Source: Marsupella aquatica
Taxonomy: Eukaryota; Plantae; Marchantiophyta
Direction of reading: 5' to 3'
DNA: 64,000 bases
Assembly (NCBI GenBank): GCA_973895155.1
Contig: OZ316895.1
Coordinates: 492,335-556,334 of the forward strand
Below the pieces are notes generated by a model, which had not been told where the DNA came from, ran no database searches, and saw nothing but the letters and a program-made list of their open reading frames with translations. A program made the position numbers and the translations under genes. Shown in pieces: positions 36,737 through 49,967 of this stretch (position 1 is its first letter; every line of letters starts with the position of its first letter).

Positions 36737-39700
36737 GATGAATCGCACACGTCCTGGATTGGCGAGATCATGGTCAGATGTCAGCAGGGGAAACACACAC
36801 AAACACAGAACAATTTCGGCACCATAACTAGCCATGGGATTTCCTCATGCCTCTAGACTTTTAGTTGATTCAGGACACTAGTAATCACAGAAGAAATGAG
36901 AAAAACAGTATGTTCCATATTAGTCCTACCACTGTAAGTGCTTTCTTCTCCATAAGTCTCCCCTGTCAACGGACCCTTTAACACGAAAATCCAAAATTCG
37001 GATCCTGCCGGATCTTAGTCCCCTTCTACCACTGCAGCAGTCACATTTTGCTCTTCCTCTTACGAAAAAAGTATAAACCCTAGACGATAAACCCTTGGTA
37101 AAACCTCAGAAAGTGGACAAGCGCATGCAGCCGCATTTTCTGCAGAGATCATTCGACTGAATCCTCAAAGCATCGGCTCACTACTGCATTGGCCCGCCGC
37201 CGAGCATAACTCTGAGGAGCTTGAAGTACAAAAATCCATCACCATAGCTGTAGGCGATGGATGGCTTACCTGAGAGATCCGAGCAGAAAAGATGGTGTTT
37301 CACACCGGAGACCGATCAGCAGACAACTCCATGGCACAGATGAGGAACTATTTCTACCCTTTCGCGCAGTTGACGTTTCTTCCCCACCATTGTAATCGAA
37401 ATCACATTCCTGAGAATTGGGGTGGCCGCAGATCCAAACCGACTCGAAGAATCAAAGCCTCGTTGAACATAGAGGCTTTCGTCATTCTTACTTGGAATTT
37501 TTCATGGGGGGTAAACCCTGAAAACTACTGCACTTTGGCCATAGGGTAAACTCTTCAGCATCAAAATGGAACTACATAAGGAATTGGCTTAGGTCAATTG
37601 GCTAGGGGAGAGGTCCAAAGTGGGGAGGGTATATGTGTGTGAGTGGGTGGGTTTTGTGGGTATAGTGGATTGGAATTCTGATTATCTGCTCGGCCACTGG
37701 TTGCCCACTTTGTGTTCCTAATTTAATCCTCTCTTGTTCCTGATGCGGGTCCCTGTCAGATCCATTTGGGGCTCACCCTGGTCTGGGTTCCCTACACCAA
37801 AAGTGTCACATTGGGGTGGGGGGGGGGGGTCTAATTGTATTTCCTCCCCGTTTCAGTTCAAGCCAGCAACAAGAAAAAGGAACTAGAGGATGGGTCAGCA
37901 GGTACCCTTTTTTTTTTTTCATGGACCCCAAACTCTATCCTGACCCTAGAATTAATTTAAATATGATGTTTCCACCCATTTTATGCATGGGTTAAATTTA
38001 ACCAGCTGAAGTACCTAGAATTAGTTTAATTAGCATGGTTCCGCCCATTTTATATGGGTTGATTTAACCAAAACTAGACTACCCAAGATGACACTTACTT
38101 AGTCTCAGCTGCACTCTCCAACCATGAAAGTGGGGGAGATGAGGGGGCCCAAAAGAGACACTTTTTTGCTTGTAGTTAATAGTCAGCACCTGTGTTCTTG
38201 GTGATGTGTGGGATGTGGGGCATGGTTCAGGGTGACAGAGGGTAAAGTTGGCTAGATAAGATCAAGCAATCACAAGCCTTTGTGTGTCCATGCACCAGAG
38301 GCCTGTCTTATCGGGTTACTTTAGCCAAGTTAAGTTGACCCGCATATGAAATGGTGGGCAAACTGATCATTAAATTAGCTTTGGGGGCAGATTAGTTTGT
38401 TTTGCTAGTTTGTAGAGGAGATTAAACTAGCCATACAAAAGAGTAAAGTCTCCAAGATTTCTTCCTTTTTCACATTCCATTCATTCCTCTCCTCTAATGT
38501 GCCATTTTGCTCCACAATTTCAAACAGGGTACTATTGATGGTGACCCCCAAAATTTTCTATGTGCCACAGGAAAGATCCATTCAAGGGGAAGGAACCAAG
38601 GAGCCACAAAGCCCAAGGGACCCAGGCAATTGGGTTCACCTCTGATGACATGTAGCTTCTCCAGGGATTAATTTACTCTAATTAGTTAGCATTTGGCTGG
38701 TAAGATATGTTGAGAATCATGCAAGGACCTCACCATGCACCTCAAGGGAGTGTGGGAATCTACTAAAATTGTACCTCTAGACTCAAAACCCATCTTTGCA
38801 TTCAAAAGCAAATTCTCTCACTTTGCCCTAAAAGGTATCATTCCCAAATCCAACCCCCACCCTCCCCAGCCCGGCCCGGCCCCCTTATCCATTTATGGTC
38901 ATCTTAGTAACCATTTTCACTTCACTTGTTGAAATTGACTCCAAGCTTCACCTCACACTTCATCCCTAGACAAAAATGCTGGATGATTTTGTGTGCTCAG
39001 ATCTTGGGTTTGAAAAGGCTTGTCGTGTTCTGAGTGTGTAGAGAAGACAAAGCCAGAACCACACAGACTAGTTAGACAATATTCATTATTGGAAACGGAT
39101 GACTATGATTGCTTTAAATTCCTTCCAGACTGTTAGTCATGTATTCCACCAATTTCTACTAAGTAGTCTTAATATGCAAACTCAGTAGAATGTTCGCCAC
39201 CAAAAGTTGGATGATAACATAATTTATTTTTCCCAATCACAAGGGAGGAAACTCCTGAAATTTAAAAATGAGAAAATAGGTTTTTAGACGAGTCAAAGTC
39301 AAACCTTCATGCAGGAAAGAATTCTTCAGCTCACTTAAGAAAAATCTCACAGAGCCCTCAAAGATCCCATCCTAGCCTATAACTCTTAATTTGCACACCA
39401 CTTTTTAGCTTGTTCTAGCAAAACAGTAGTTGCTAAAACAAGCTTTAGGGTTTTAGCAAACCCTACTGTACTGGTCCAAGTTCAGTTGAGAAATTTGTTT
39501 GTTGGGGCCCAGAGTGCAAGGCTTTTACTTGATGGGCCCAACTTTCACACACTGTGGTAGCAGCCAAGGTTAACAAACAAATCATCCAATCTAAACACTA
39601 TACTATGCACTCTGCTCTTTCTTTCTCAATCATTGTCTATTTAAGAAATATTATTTTGGCGAGAAGCCTCTCTTGCCATGTGATTATGTCAACATTCTTT

Positions 39701-40209
39701 CATAACCATGAGATGGGGCTAAAGGTGCCCCTTTTCACCCTTTTTATGCCCAACCCCATCCCTCTTGTCACACCTCACACACTCCTTGAAATCCAGTAAA
39801 TCTGTTGCTAGTCTAACTTGCTGACTCCCCGCAAAGTCTGTCTACTTGGCCATTGCACTTAAGCTCGACAACATTTTGGTTTCACATCACTCACTAATGA
39901 CGCTACTATGCAATGCGTGGACATTGGACTAGTCTCTTCTATAGTATAATTCACCATGGAAGACTATGTTCAATACTTATTCTCTAGAGTAGGTCTTTGG
40001 TTGAGCCTCATAATAGAAAATTAAAATTCAGAGTATGCTTGTGAGTAGAGTTGAGCATGGGAGTCAGAGTAAGCGGAGCCCTTCCTATGCATAATTATGC
40101 TCCACTAAAGTAAAATTTCAAAGTTGGGCCCCCATAGAGGCAAAAGCTTGAGTTCATAGTTTACACGAGAGATATACTTTATGGACCCCTAAATTGAATT
40201 GTGGTACTT

Positions 40210-40665
40210 GATAGACCAGACCCCATGAGCATTTGTGTACATTAATTTGAGATCTATCAAGGGTCTTCATAGACCCTACCCCATGATAAGCTTTTGTGGA
40301 CATTGATTTGAGATCTATCAAGGGTCTTCATAGACCCTACCCCATGAGACCCCATGAGCTTTTGTGTACATTGATTTGAGATCTATCAAGGGTCTGGATC
40401 ACTCATGGGTCTATCAAGAAACACTTTGCATTTTGGGGGTCCATGAAGTATCTCTCTCTAGTTTACATGTTTACACTTCCATGAAGCAAACTTCTCGAAT
40501 ACCATGGTGCTACCCAGCACACTACCATGTTGCTACCCAGCACACTGGATCACTCATGGGTCCATCAAGAAACACTCTGCATTTTGGGGGTCCATGCGGG
40601 GGTCCATGAAGTATCTCTCTAGTTTACACGTTTACACCTCCATGAAGCAAACTTCTCGAGTACCA
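40210..40665. repeat. Local tandem/dispersed duplications upstream of RPL4 (probable non-autonomous TE remnant)
   Basis: tttgagatctatcaagggtct three times (about 40246, 40305, 40375); ctggatcactcatggg...ccatgaagcaaacttctcga twice (about 40394 and 40545). Confidence 0.75.
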
Positions 40666-40712
40666 TCTTACTGTAGTGGAGTACGGTACACCTGGAGCAT
40701 GTTTCAGACCCA

Positions 40713-40737
40713 CTAGGGTTTGTGGAATTAGGGTTTT
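40713..40737. promoter_or_regulatory. Two telo-box motifs (TAGGGTTT) upstream of RPL4
   Basis: ctagggtttg and ttagggtttt about 130 bp before the ATG; telo-boxes are typical of plant ribosomal-protein genes. Confidence 0.65.
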
Positions 40738-40858
40738 TACTCGCAGCTCCTTCAGTTGGGTTCTACAAGGTGCTGTGCTCTAAACTGTCTCGTTCTTTCG
40801 TCGTTGCGGAGGAAGCGAACTCCAATTCGAGTGCAATTTCAATTCGAAGCTCTGCGCG

Positions 40859-42861
40859 ATGGCGGCAGCAGCGAGGCCGCTGGTGAACATCCAGGTACTC
40901 GCCGATGGCGAAGGTGGAGCGACCGAATTGTCCACCACCCTACCCGCGGTGATGCTCGCCCCCATCCGGCCCGACATCGTCGAGTTCGTGCACGCGAACA
41001 TCGCGAAGAACAAGAGGCAGCCCTACGCCGTGAGCAAGAAGGCTGGACATCAAACCTCCGCAGAGTCATGGGGCACTGGGCGCGCCGTCTCTCGAATTCC
41101 CCGAGTGCCGGGAGGAGGAACGCATCGCGCAGGGCAGGGAGCCTTCGGGAACATGTGCCGTGGTGGTCGCATGTTCGCTCCAACGAAGATTTGGCGCAAA
41201 TGGCACCGCAAGGTGAACATCAACCAGAAGAGGTATGCCGTCGTGTCTGCCTTGGCTGCCTCGGCCATCCCTGCCTTGGTTACCGCCAGGGGCCATCGCA
41301 TTGATAAGGTACCGGAGGTTCCTCTGGTTCTAAGCGACAGTGTGGAGGCCGTCGAGAAGACCTCAGCTGCTGTGAAGATTTTGAAGAAGATTGGCGCTTT
41401 TGAGGATGTTGAGAAGGTGAAGGCTAGCCACAATATCCGCGCGGGGAAGGGAAAGATGAGGAACCGCAGGTACGTCTCGCGGAGGGGTCCTCTCTTGGTC
41501 TACGGGACTGAGGGAGCGAAGTTGGTTAAGGCGTTTAGGAATATCCCCGGAGTGGAGGTTGCGTCTGTAGATCGTCTCAATATTTTGCAATTGGCTCCCG
41601 GTGGTCACCTTGGACGGTTTGTGATCTGGACAAAGAGCGCATTCGATAAGTTGGACAGCATTTTCGGGTCATTGGAAACGAAGTCTGCGGTGAAGAAGGG
41701 TTATTCTATTCCCCGGTCCATTTTGAGCAATTCGGATTTGTCTCGGCTTATCAATTCTGATGAGATCCAGAGTGTTGTCCGACCCAAGAAGTCAGAATTG
41801 AAGAGACGGGTGCTGAAGAAGAATCCTCTGAAGAACCTTGGTGCTATGCTGAAACTCAACCCATACGCCAAAACTGCTCGGCGAATGGAGCTTTTGGCCC
41901 AGGAGCGACAGGCCAAGGCCAAGGCTGAGAAATTGGAGAGCAAGAGGAAGACCCCCAAGGTATTTCTACAGACCATCTCAGCATGATTGTCTCTCTTATA
42001 CGCATTGCTCTGAATCTCGTGTTTCCCTGCTCAATAATTTAGGGTTGTTGACAGAATTTCTCGATATCTGACGGGACTAGGTGGTTTTAGCTGTCTCGTT
42101 CCTGTTCTGTTGGTCCCCACGATCAATGCAAGTTTTGTTTGGTCCTTTAATTTTATATCCAATTAAAATTTTGTTTTGTTCTGTTTCTCTCCACATCATT
42201 TCAAGCTTAATCTGCGTTCTTTACATTTATTTCCTTTCATCAATTTATGTCATAATTCATCTATTCTGCATCTTATTTCTGGAGTGTTGTTAAAACTGAA
42301 AGAAGTGTTCTCAAGATAGCAGTACCATTGTCTCGTAGTGTGGAGAATTCCAGCGTCCCAACGGGTCCCCACGTATATGGCACGTCATATCATTTAGGGC
42401 ATAATTCAGCTCACTCGTGTAGGTGCTACCTAAGGAGAGCTATTGTGGTACCCTGAACCAATTATTATGAACGACTTAGTGTAATGAAGGGTTGGAATGT
42501 GCGTGGGTTCTCTCCCGTTGAGTGTCTTCAAATCAATCTAACTAGGCTCAATAGGTATCCGGAAGAGAAATGGAGTTTAGTTATGCCTTGTCATGGAAGT
42601 CCATTTTCGGAGATTCCAGGGTGGTAGTTTCCACACACTATCACTTATGGCAGGCCTTCCTTACGTGTCTGGATGGGAGTTTTGTGTCATAGCTGGTCTT
42701 CTGTTCGAACCGGTCGCTTACTACTGTACGCCTTACAGGTCGATGGAGCGGAAAAGGAGGCCATCAAGAAGGCAGGGGAATCATGGTTCAAGACAATGAG
42801 TTCTGACAGTGATTACACCGAGTTTGAGATTTTCACCAAGTGGCTTGGTGTCGCTCAATGA
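40859..42861 (+). CDS. RPL4: 60S ribosomal protein L4 (uL4), 2 exons
   Basis: [47 protein letters not shown]; exon 1 40859-41959, intron 41960-42738, exon 2 42739-42861. Confidence 0.98.
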
Positions 42862-45691
42862 TGTGATTCTTCTGTGCAGGTTTTGTCGGTTAGGTCATGA
42901 GGGGTATTCCTCTTGGATGTAGGTATCCGGAAGTTTTGCTTGCGACTATGTCGAGATCCAGGTTCTCTTCACAGAGACCGCTTCCCATGACGTGATAGTG
43001 AAATTCATTGACATCTAGGCTTTGTTAAGTGTTCACACGTCAGTGGAACCATTAGTCACAATTTTAAAGGCGTCAGGTGGATTCAAATTTTGATTAATCT
43101 AAGGTTCCAGCTTCTGGTGAAAGATTCTAGGCTGTAGGAACTGTTTTAAGTTGGTAGGGGGTAGAATCGATGTGGATTCTTGTCTGTAGGGACTGAATTC
43201 GAAATTCGTCGAATATTCCAACGATTTTGGCCTCGTCGGACTTGTGCTTCTGGTCTATACATTACCTCACGGCACAATTTCTATTCGGCAAGCTATAACG
43301 GGAAAGAGGCGAGGGGTTTTCGAGTGTGAGGAAAGAGAGTGGGGCGGGGTGGGGTGTGTGTGTGTGTGTGTGTGTGGAGGGCAGAGGGAGTAAATTAGAT
43401 TCCGAAGGGCAAAGATTTAGGGTGTGTGGAATGCCCTGCAGGATTGTCGGGTAGGAAGGCTGAAGAAGCTGAGCTTGGAAGCAAACGACATTGGCAGCCA
43501 GAGTAGCGGGTGCCATCGATTTTCAGATTGATTGATTGAAGCAAGCCTATGGAGAAAATTGATTGATTGCTGCAAGTCGATCGAATTAACAAACTGACCG
43601 AATCTTAAATCAATCTGATGGGAGCTCGATCGCATTGCCTTGGGTTTAGGGTTTCTTGTTCATTTGAGAAAGTGTCAAGGTGAGTTCTTTTGATCGAGGT
43701 GAGAAGGTGATCGAGAGCTGTAAGCGGCGAAGCTTGATAACACGATTCCTGATAAACCCGCGATACCCTTCTTGATAAACCTTCGTGATAACCCGGGTCA
43801 TGAGGCAAGAGCAAGTTCCAGAGTCCTAATGCAATCCTAACCGTGCATTAAGCGCTCCCCATAAAGATTCGATGAGAGAAGACCGTCCATAATCTTAAGA
43901 TGACGACGTTATGATCCAGCCCTCTCGTGAACTTCGGCCATTCAGAGCTTGTCAAGTAGGCAATTTTGGGTAGATTGTTTCTGATTAGAAATTTTCTGGG
44001 GTACTTGTATGAGTGGAAGACGGTTCTTTTTCCACATTCAGTTGTGTGCGTTTGCAGCTCTACTCGACCGTGCCTTCACTTTACTGTCCACCTCGTCTGT
44101 CTGCTCATGCCAGGCTCATGCAAATCTCGAACGTGAATGTCCCACAGTGGGGATGGTAGCTTTCTTGGTGTACACTTAAAAAAAACCACTACATGAATGA
44201 CCTTTCGACCGTGTATCAATCCTGTGCAATGTATTGTGGCCACTTACGCAAGTCTTGAATCCTTATATGGAGCTCAATCACCACATGTCAATTCTAATAC
44301 TCACTTCGTGAAATAATGATCCGTAGAGTCTACGTATCTGTATAATATGTCTCTTGCCCAGGACATATCCATGTGATTCTCTATGCTCCAGTGCTTTGAA
44401 AAATGATCGATATTCCCTCCAATTTGTAAGGTTTTCCATATGATTTGCCCTCCATATGTACGGTTACTGTCTGAAGGTAGTGCTGGGAGACACATCGATC
44501 GAGGACGCAAACAAGGTATCCTAGTGGTAGGAACACTGCACAAGAATGCAAACAGAATGCAAAATGTGCACCCCAAAAAATGAATGTATTTGAAGTGTGC
44601 TCAGTTTGTTATGAGACATTAATTAATTATTATAGCAATGTCTTCAAGTCACTTAGATGGGTACATATTCTACTGTCGTACTTGCGCAATGCGAAGAAAG
44701 TGATGTGTCTCTGCACTCTATGTGAGGCCGCTGATGTTTGTCCTCCTGCCATCTCAGCCCTTGTCAGTTGATATTGGAAATATATCGGCCCCATTCAAGT
44801 TACCCTAAGTTCAATTTTCCTCCAGAACTTGTGAGTTGCAGTCGTGAACAGCTTTAATTGAATGGGCTGCCACGGGGATCCTTTACATGTCGCCCTCCTG
44901 CCAGTCAATCTAGTCTTGAGACAGTTGAAGAGTCGTGAGCTGTGGATGTATCGTCTCAAACAACCATGGAATCTCAGTTTGGTTCCGAGTTAAGTTTTCT
45001 CTGTTCTCATTGATGAAGAACAGTGTGGCTGTTGAGAATCTCTTCTTCGACCTCACCTCCCGCCTCACCTCTTCCATCAGCGGCACACTGTTTTAACTGC
45101 TGTAAGAAGAGAGCGATCGACCCCAGTGGGATTGCAGTTGGGATTTGGAAGAGGTCAGATCGGCTCACTTGGCTTGGCTCGGTCCAGCTGAGTTACGTGT
45201 GACAGATCAAGGTTTGTGCGAGCAAATCCGAGTGAGAAATCAGGGTTTAACAGTGTCCCCTTCTCAGGATTCCTTCTGCTCGACACCACAGCCACCACAA
45301 TCACCTTGGTGGTCATTCACGCCTAGCAGCAGCAGCGTGGCGGACGAACGGGAAGAGGTGAAACGGCTGACAAAATGGCTGCAGATGTAGCAATGGAGGG
45401 GCAGGCAGTCGTCAGTCTTGTCTGGGAGGAGTAGGCGACTCAGCATTTACGGTCGGACTGAAGAAAAGTGGTGGGGTTCAACCATTAGCTCAAGGAGTGT
45501 TGACGAATTCGAGCTAGCCCGGCTCCGAATCGCATTGAATTGGAGTTAGGTGGATTGGGTTGCATTAGGGCGGATTGGACTGGTTGAAAGGGAAAAGTCG
45601 GGAGCCAGCGATGGTGTTCGAGCAGGGCCGTGGCGGCCGAAGAGGTGGAAGCGGAGGTAGGAGGGTGTAAGGGGAGTGCCCGAAGGGAAAA

Positions 45692-48600
45692 ATGGCGAGA
45701 GCGGGCGTGTTGAGGGGAGTGTGCAGGAGAGGGATTGCTATGATCGATGTGATGAAATGGAGCAGCCTTATCCTCCCTGGGTTGGGACAGCAGCTGGGCC
45801 CGCACCTCTCCTCTGCCTCCACCCCTTGCTCCACCGTTCTCTCTTCCCACTTCCAGCCCTGTAGACGGGTTCGCCAGAATTCGTCGCATACCATCAGGTC
45901 GATCCCAAGGTTCTTAACTTCATTTCATTTTTCTCCAATGCTGTTTAGTTTCTATACTCCTTGAGGTATATGCTCATTTCTTTCTGCTTGTTGTAATCTT
46001 ATAGATTTAATTTCTCGTTCTTCCGTTGGTGTACTCAATACTTGTAAATTTTCCGCATATGTTGAAATCTGTAAATGGGCCTCTGTTCTATACCTTCCCT
46101 CATTGTTATTGACCGGGACGCACTCTAAATCGGTTTGACAGAGGGTACTTGGAGTAAATCTCTAAGGTTGGGGTTTGTGAATTCAATGGACGAGTGCTTC
46201 CCTTCCCTTCTCCTCTCCTCGCTTTGCTTCTTAAAAAAGTTGTCTCCAGTGAACACACTCCTTCTATAGATTGTGGAGCATTGCCCACCATTTTCCATCC
46301 CTGTAAGTTGTAACCTTTCCTTTTTTTAGGCGTCAGCGTCAGCGGGTGCTTCTCCTGGAAAATAAATTACAAAATGCAAATTTGTCTATGAAGCTTTTCC
46401 CATCTTCTTTTCATAGTGATGCCAGAGCTCTGAAACAGCAGAGGCCACGGCCGAAGGAAGGGTTTAACGACGCATTAAACTTGGATCGCGCCACGGAACC
46501 TAAGAGACCTGTGGGTGTACAGTCTTCCAATAGACTGTTTGACGAATCTCATCGACCCACAGGCAATTATCCCTCTCCAGGTACCCAGCTCCTCACTGCA
46601 GGGGAGCCTCAATTCCCTTCCGCGTGCGTAGATCAGAGCAGGACCCGGGACATGAATGGACCTAGGAATTTAGACCAAAGTACTTCATCACTAACTCTCA
46701 AAGTTGTCCAGCCAGGTTCGAAAGCAAGCTCGAAGCCAGTACCCACAGTCAGCACTTTCTCAGAGCACAGAAGTTCAGGCCGAGCGGGAAAGTGTACATC
46801 TAATCAGCGAGCTCCTTGTCCAAGATTTGAAACGAGCTACATGCTTGGTGAACTACCTCGCCCAAGAAAGCTCTGACAAAGTTGCCTCTAGCAATTCAAA
46901 TCCGAATTCCAATATGTAGATCGAAGCCAGAAAGGAATCGAGTAGTGTAATCTCTAATCAAAGAGTGCGGACAAGTCCTGACGGTGGTGCTCATTTGTTA
47001 TCGAACAGCCATGCCACCCAAATATCGTCCGGGAAAAGTGGGTCAAGAGTGGAGTCGGCCGGTATAGTTGTTGACCAGGCCAGGAGCTCTCAAAGTGGTG
47101 CCCATCCGGCCCTCAACGATTTCCGGATATCTGCAAGCAGAATTGTGGGCTCCGTCGGCAGGCAGACGTCTGGCGTGGCAAACTCTTACAACCCGTCGCT
47201 AAAGCGGGTGCAGCAGGAGCTCGACGCATTTCGTGATCAAAGGACGCTTCGGAAGATCGCTGCCGAGCTATACGGGAGGGAAGCTCAATCAGCAGAGCCT
47301 AAATACAGAGGGGAAGCTGAAGCCCTCGCTGGTTTTCAAGGTTTAAGGGGCCATGGCAGCAACGTAGAGGCACCATCCCCTCAAACTCGCCTACGAGGCG
47401 TCAAGTGGAGGGAAGCTGCAAATATGATCGAGCAGAACCGGGATCCTTCACATGATCTCGTTGGTGGGATTGAATCACGTCAACAGAACAATGACAGCTT
47501 GAAAATGGAACTCGGACGAGTAGGTCGCTTCAAAGCGAATTTAATCAGAACTATAGAAGTGGACGATTTGCAGGAGATTCGAGAGTCGCAACCTGTATCC
47601 AACGAGGAAGAGGGGCAATCTACAGCTTTCCCTGAAGAAGGGGTGACTACGAATTCTGTAAGACAAGACCTGGTAACCGAGGAGCTGCTGCGGAAAGCAC
47701 ATTGGATGGATGGCCGGTCAACTCCAGCGTGGATGAATACCGGGCTCAATTTGATTGGTCAAGGCGGATTGCAATGTCGTGCCATTTGTGGGAGCAGAGA
47801 TTGGTCTCGAAACAGTGCACAAGGGAATGGCAGTACCGATATGGGGAATGGCAGTACCGATATGCATAGTGCGGGGACCATAAGTGAAGCAATTGCTTTG
47901 TTGCAGAATCGTGTACAACGAGGCATTAATACAGACTCGTACACATATATTGAAGTCTTGCAAATGTGCTCGAAACAGAAAGACCTTTTAGCGGCCAAGC
48001 GAGTGCATGCCTGCATGATCCAGAGTGGAATGGATAAGGATCGGTATGTAGCTAACACCCTCCTGCATGTGTATATCAGTTGCGGGGAATTTGTGTATGC
48101 ACGGCGAGTGTTCGATGAACTTGACAAGAAGAGTGTTATTACTTGGAACGCGATGATAACAGGATATGCTAGGAGTGATGACGCTGAATCCGCACTGGAA
48201 CTTTTCAAATTAATGGTCCGAGATGGTGCGCGGCCCAATGAGGTCACATATCTGGGCATCCTGAAGGGATGTGCCAGCCCAGTAGCTCTAGCGTGGGGAA
48301 AACAAGTTCACGAGTGTATTCGACAGGCTGGGTTTGAATCAGATGTGCGTGTAGGAACTGCCCTCCTTCAGATGTATGCAAAGAGTGGCAGTATAGATGA
48401 CGCCCGACTAGTATTTGATAGACTGAAGGAACGTGATGTAATGACATGGAACGTTATGATTGGAGCATGTGCTGAAAGTGGTCGAGGTGTGGAAGCTTAT
48501 CGACTGTTGCTCCAAATGAGACGGGACGGCTTCCAACCAAATGCAATCACTTATATAAGCATCCTGAATGCATCTGCAAGTGCGGGGGCTTTGGAGTGGG

Positions 48601-49967
48601 TGAAGGAGGTTCATGGCCATGCTAGCGAAGCGGGATTGGAGTCAGATTTGCGTGTTGGCAATGCTCTGGTTCACATGTATGCAGAGAGTGGCAGTTTAGA
48701 CGACGCCAGACTGGTTTTTGACAGAATGGAGAAACGCGATGTAGTCACATGGACAGTAATGATCGGTGGACTTGCACAACATGGATGTGGGCACGAAGCT
48801 TATCGACTTTTTCTCCAAATGAGACGGGAAGGCGTCCAACCAAATGCAATTACTTACATGAGCATCTTGAATGCATCTGCAAGTGCGGGGGCTTTGGATT
48901 GGGTGAAAGAGGTTCATGGCCATGCTAGCAAAGCCGGACTGGAATCAGACTTGCGTGTGGCCACTGCACTGGTTCACATGTATGCAAAGAGTGGCAGTAT
49001 AGATGATGCCCGACGGGTTTTTGACAGAACGGTGAAACGCGATGTAGTTTTATGGAATGCAATGATCGGCGGACTTGCACAACATGGATGTGCGAATGAA
49101 GCCCTGGAACTCTTCAGGAAAATGAACGCAGACGGTGTGAAGCCCAATGGGAATTCATTCGTGGCAGTGTTGTCAGCCTGTTGTCATGGAGGCCTTGTTG
49201 ATGACGGCCGTAGACTCTTTTTAGCTATGACGCAAGATTATGGCATCGAGCCCGACATTGTGCATTATACCTGCATGGTGGATCTGCTTGGGCGGGCTGG
49301 ACACTTGGAGGAGGCAAAGCTCTTCATCAGTGGCATGCCAGTTGAACCAAGTGAAGTGACATGGAAAGCTTTGCTTGGGGCTTGTAGAACTTATGCTAAT
49401 GTGGAGTTGGGCGAACTTGCCGCTAAAGAGCTCTTCAAGTTGAAACCCAATGATGCCTCTGCATATGTGCTCCTTTCCAATATCTATGCTGCAGCTGGCA
49501 AATGGGAGAAAGTGTCATTGGTGCGCACTATGATGCAAAAGAGAGGTGTTCGGAAAGAGCCAGGGCGTAGCTGGATTGAAGTTGATAACAAGATCCATGA
49601 ATTCGCTGTAGGGGATACGTCTCACCCAGAAGCGATGGCGATATATGCTGAGCTCAAAAAGTTGACTGAAAAACTTAAGACCGAAGGCTACATTCCGGAT
49701 ACCCGGCTTGTGTTGCATGATATGAATGAGGAGGATAAAGAACTAGCTCTTTGCTCTCATAGTGAGAAGTTGGCTATTGCTTACGGACTAATTCACATAC
49801 CTCGTGAAGAACCAATTCGTGTAACTAAGAACCTTCGGGTATGTCCAGATTGCCATACAGCGACCAAGTTTATCTCTAAGGTGACAGGACGTGAGATTAT
49901 AGCAAGGGATGCAAATCGCTTTCACCATTTTAAAGATGGCGCGTGTTCTTGTGGTGACTACTGGTGA
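45692..49967 (+). CDS. PLS-class PPR protein with E1-E2-DYW domain (organellar C-to-U RNA-editing factor); 5' structure uncertain
   Basis: ORF 46965-49967 has 14 L-S-P repeats, PG box PGRSWIE, HSEKLA, CPDCH and terminal DYW. A probable upstream exon 45692-45897 splices in frame to 46330, but that frame stops at 46876. Confidence 0.93.

Noticed and set aside
37930-38400. Degenerate inverted repeats suggesting a MITE
   Set aside because: Similarity is weak, and no clear termini or TSD could be defined.
40756-41976. Overlapping and antisense ORFs over RPL4 (likewise over UTP14, the PPR and the transposase)
   Set aside because: Shadow ORFs of real coding sequence or of low-complexity acidic exons.
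41960-42738. Intronic snoRNA in RPL4
   Set aside because: No convincing C/D box pair with a terminal stem, and no H/ACA structure, seen by eye.
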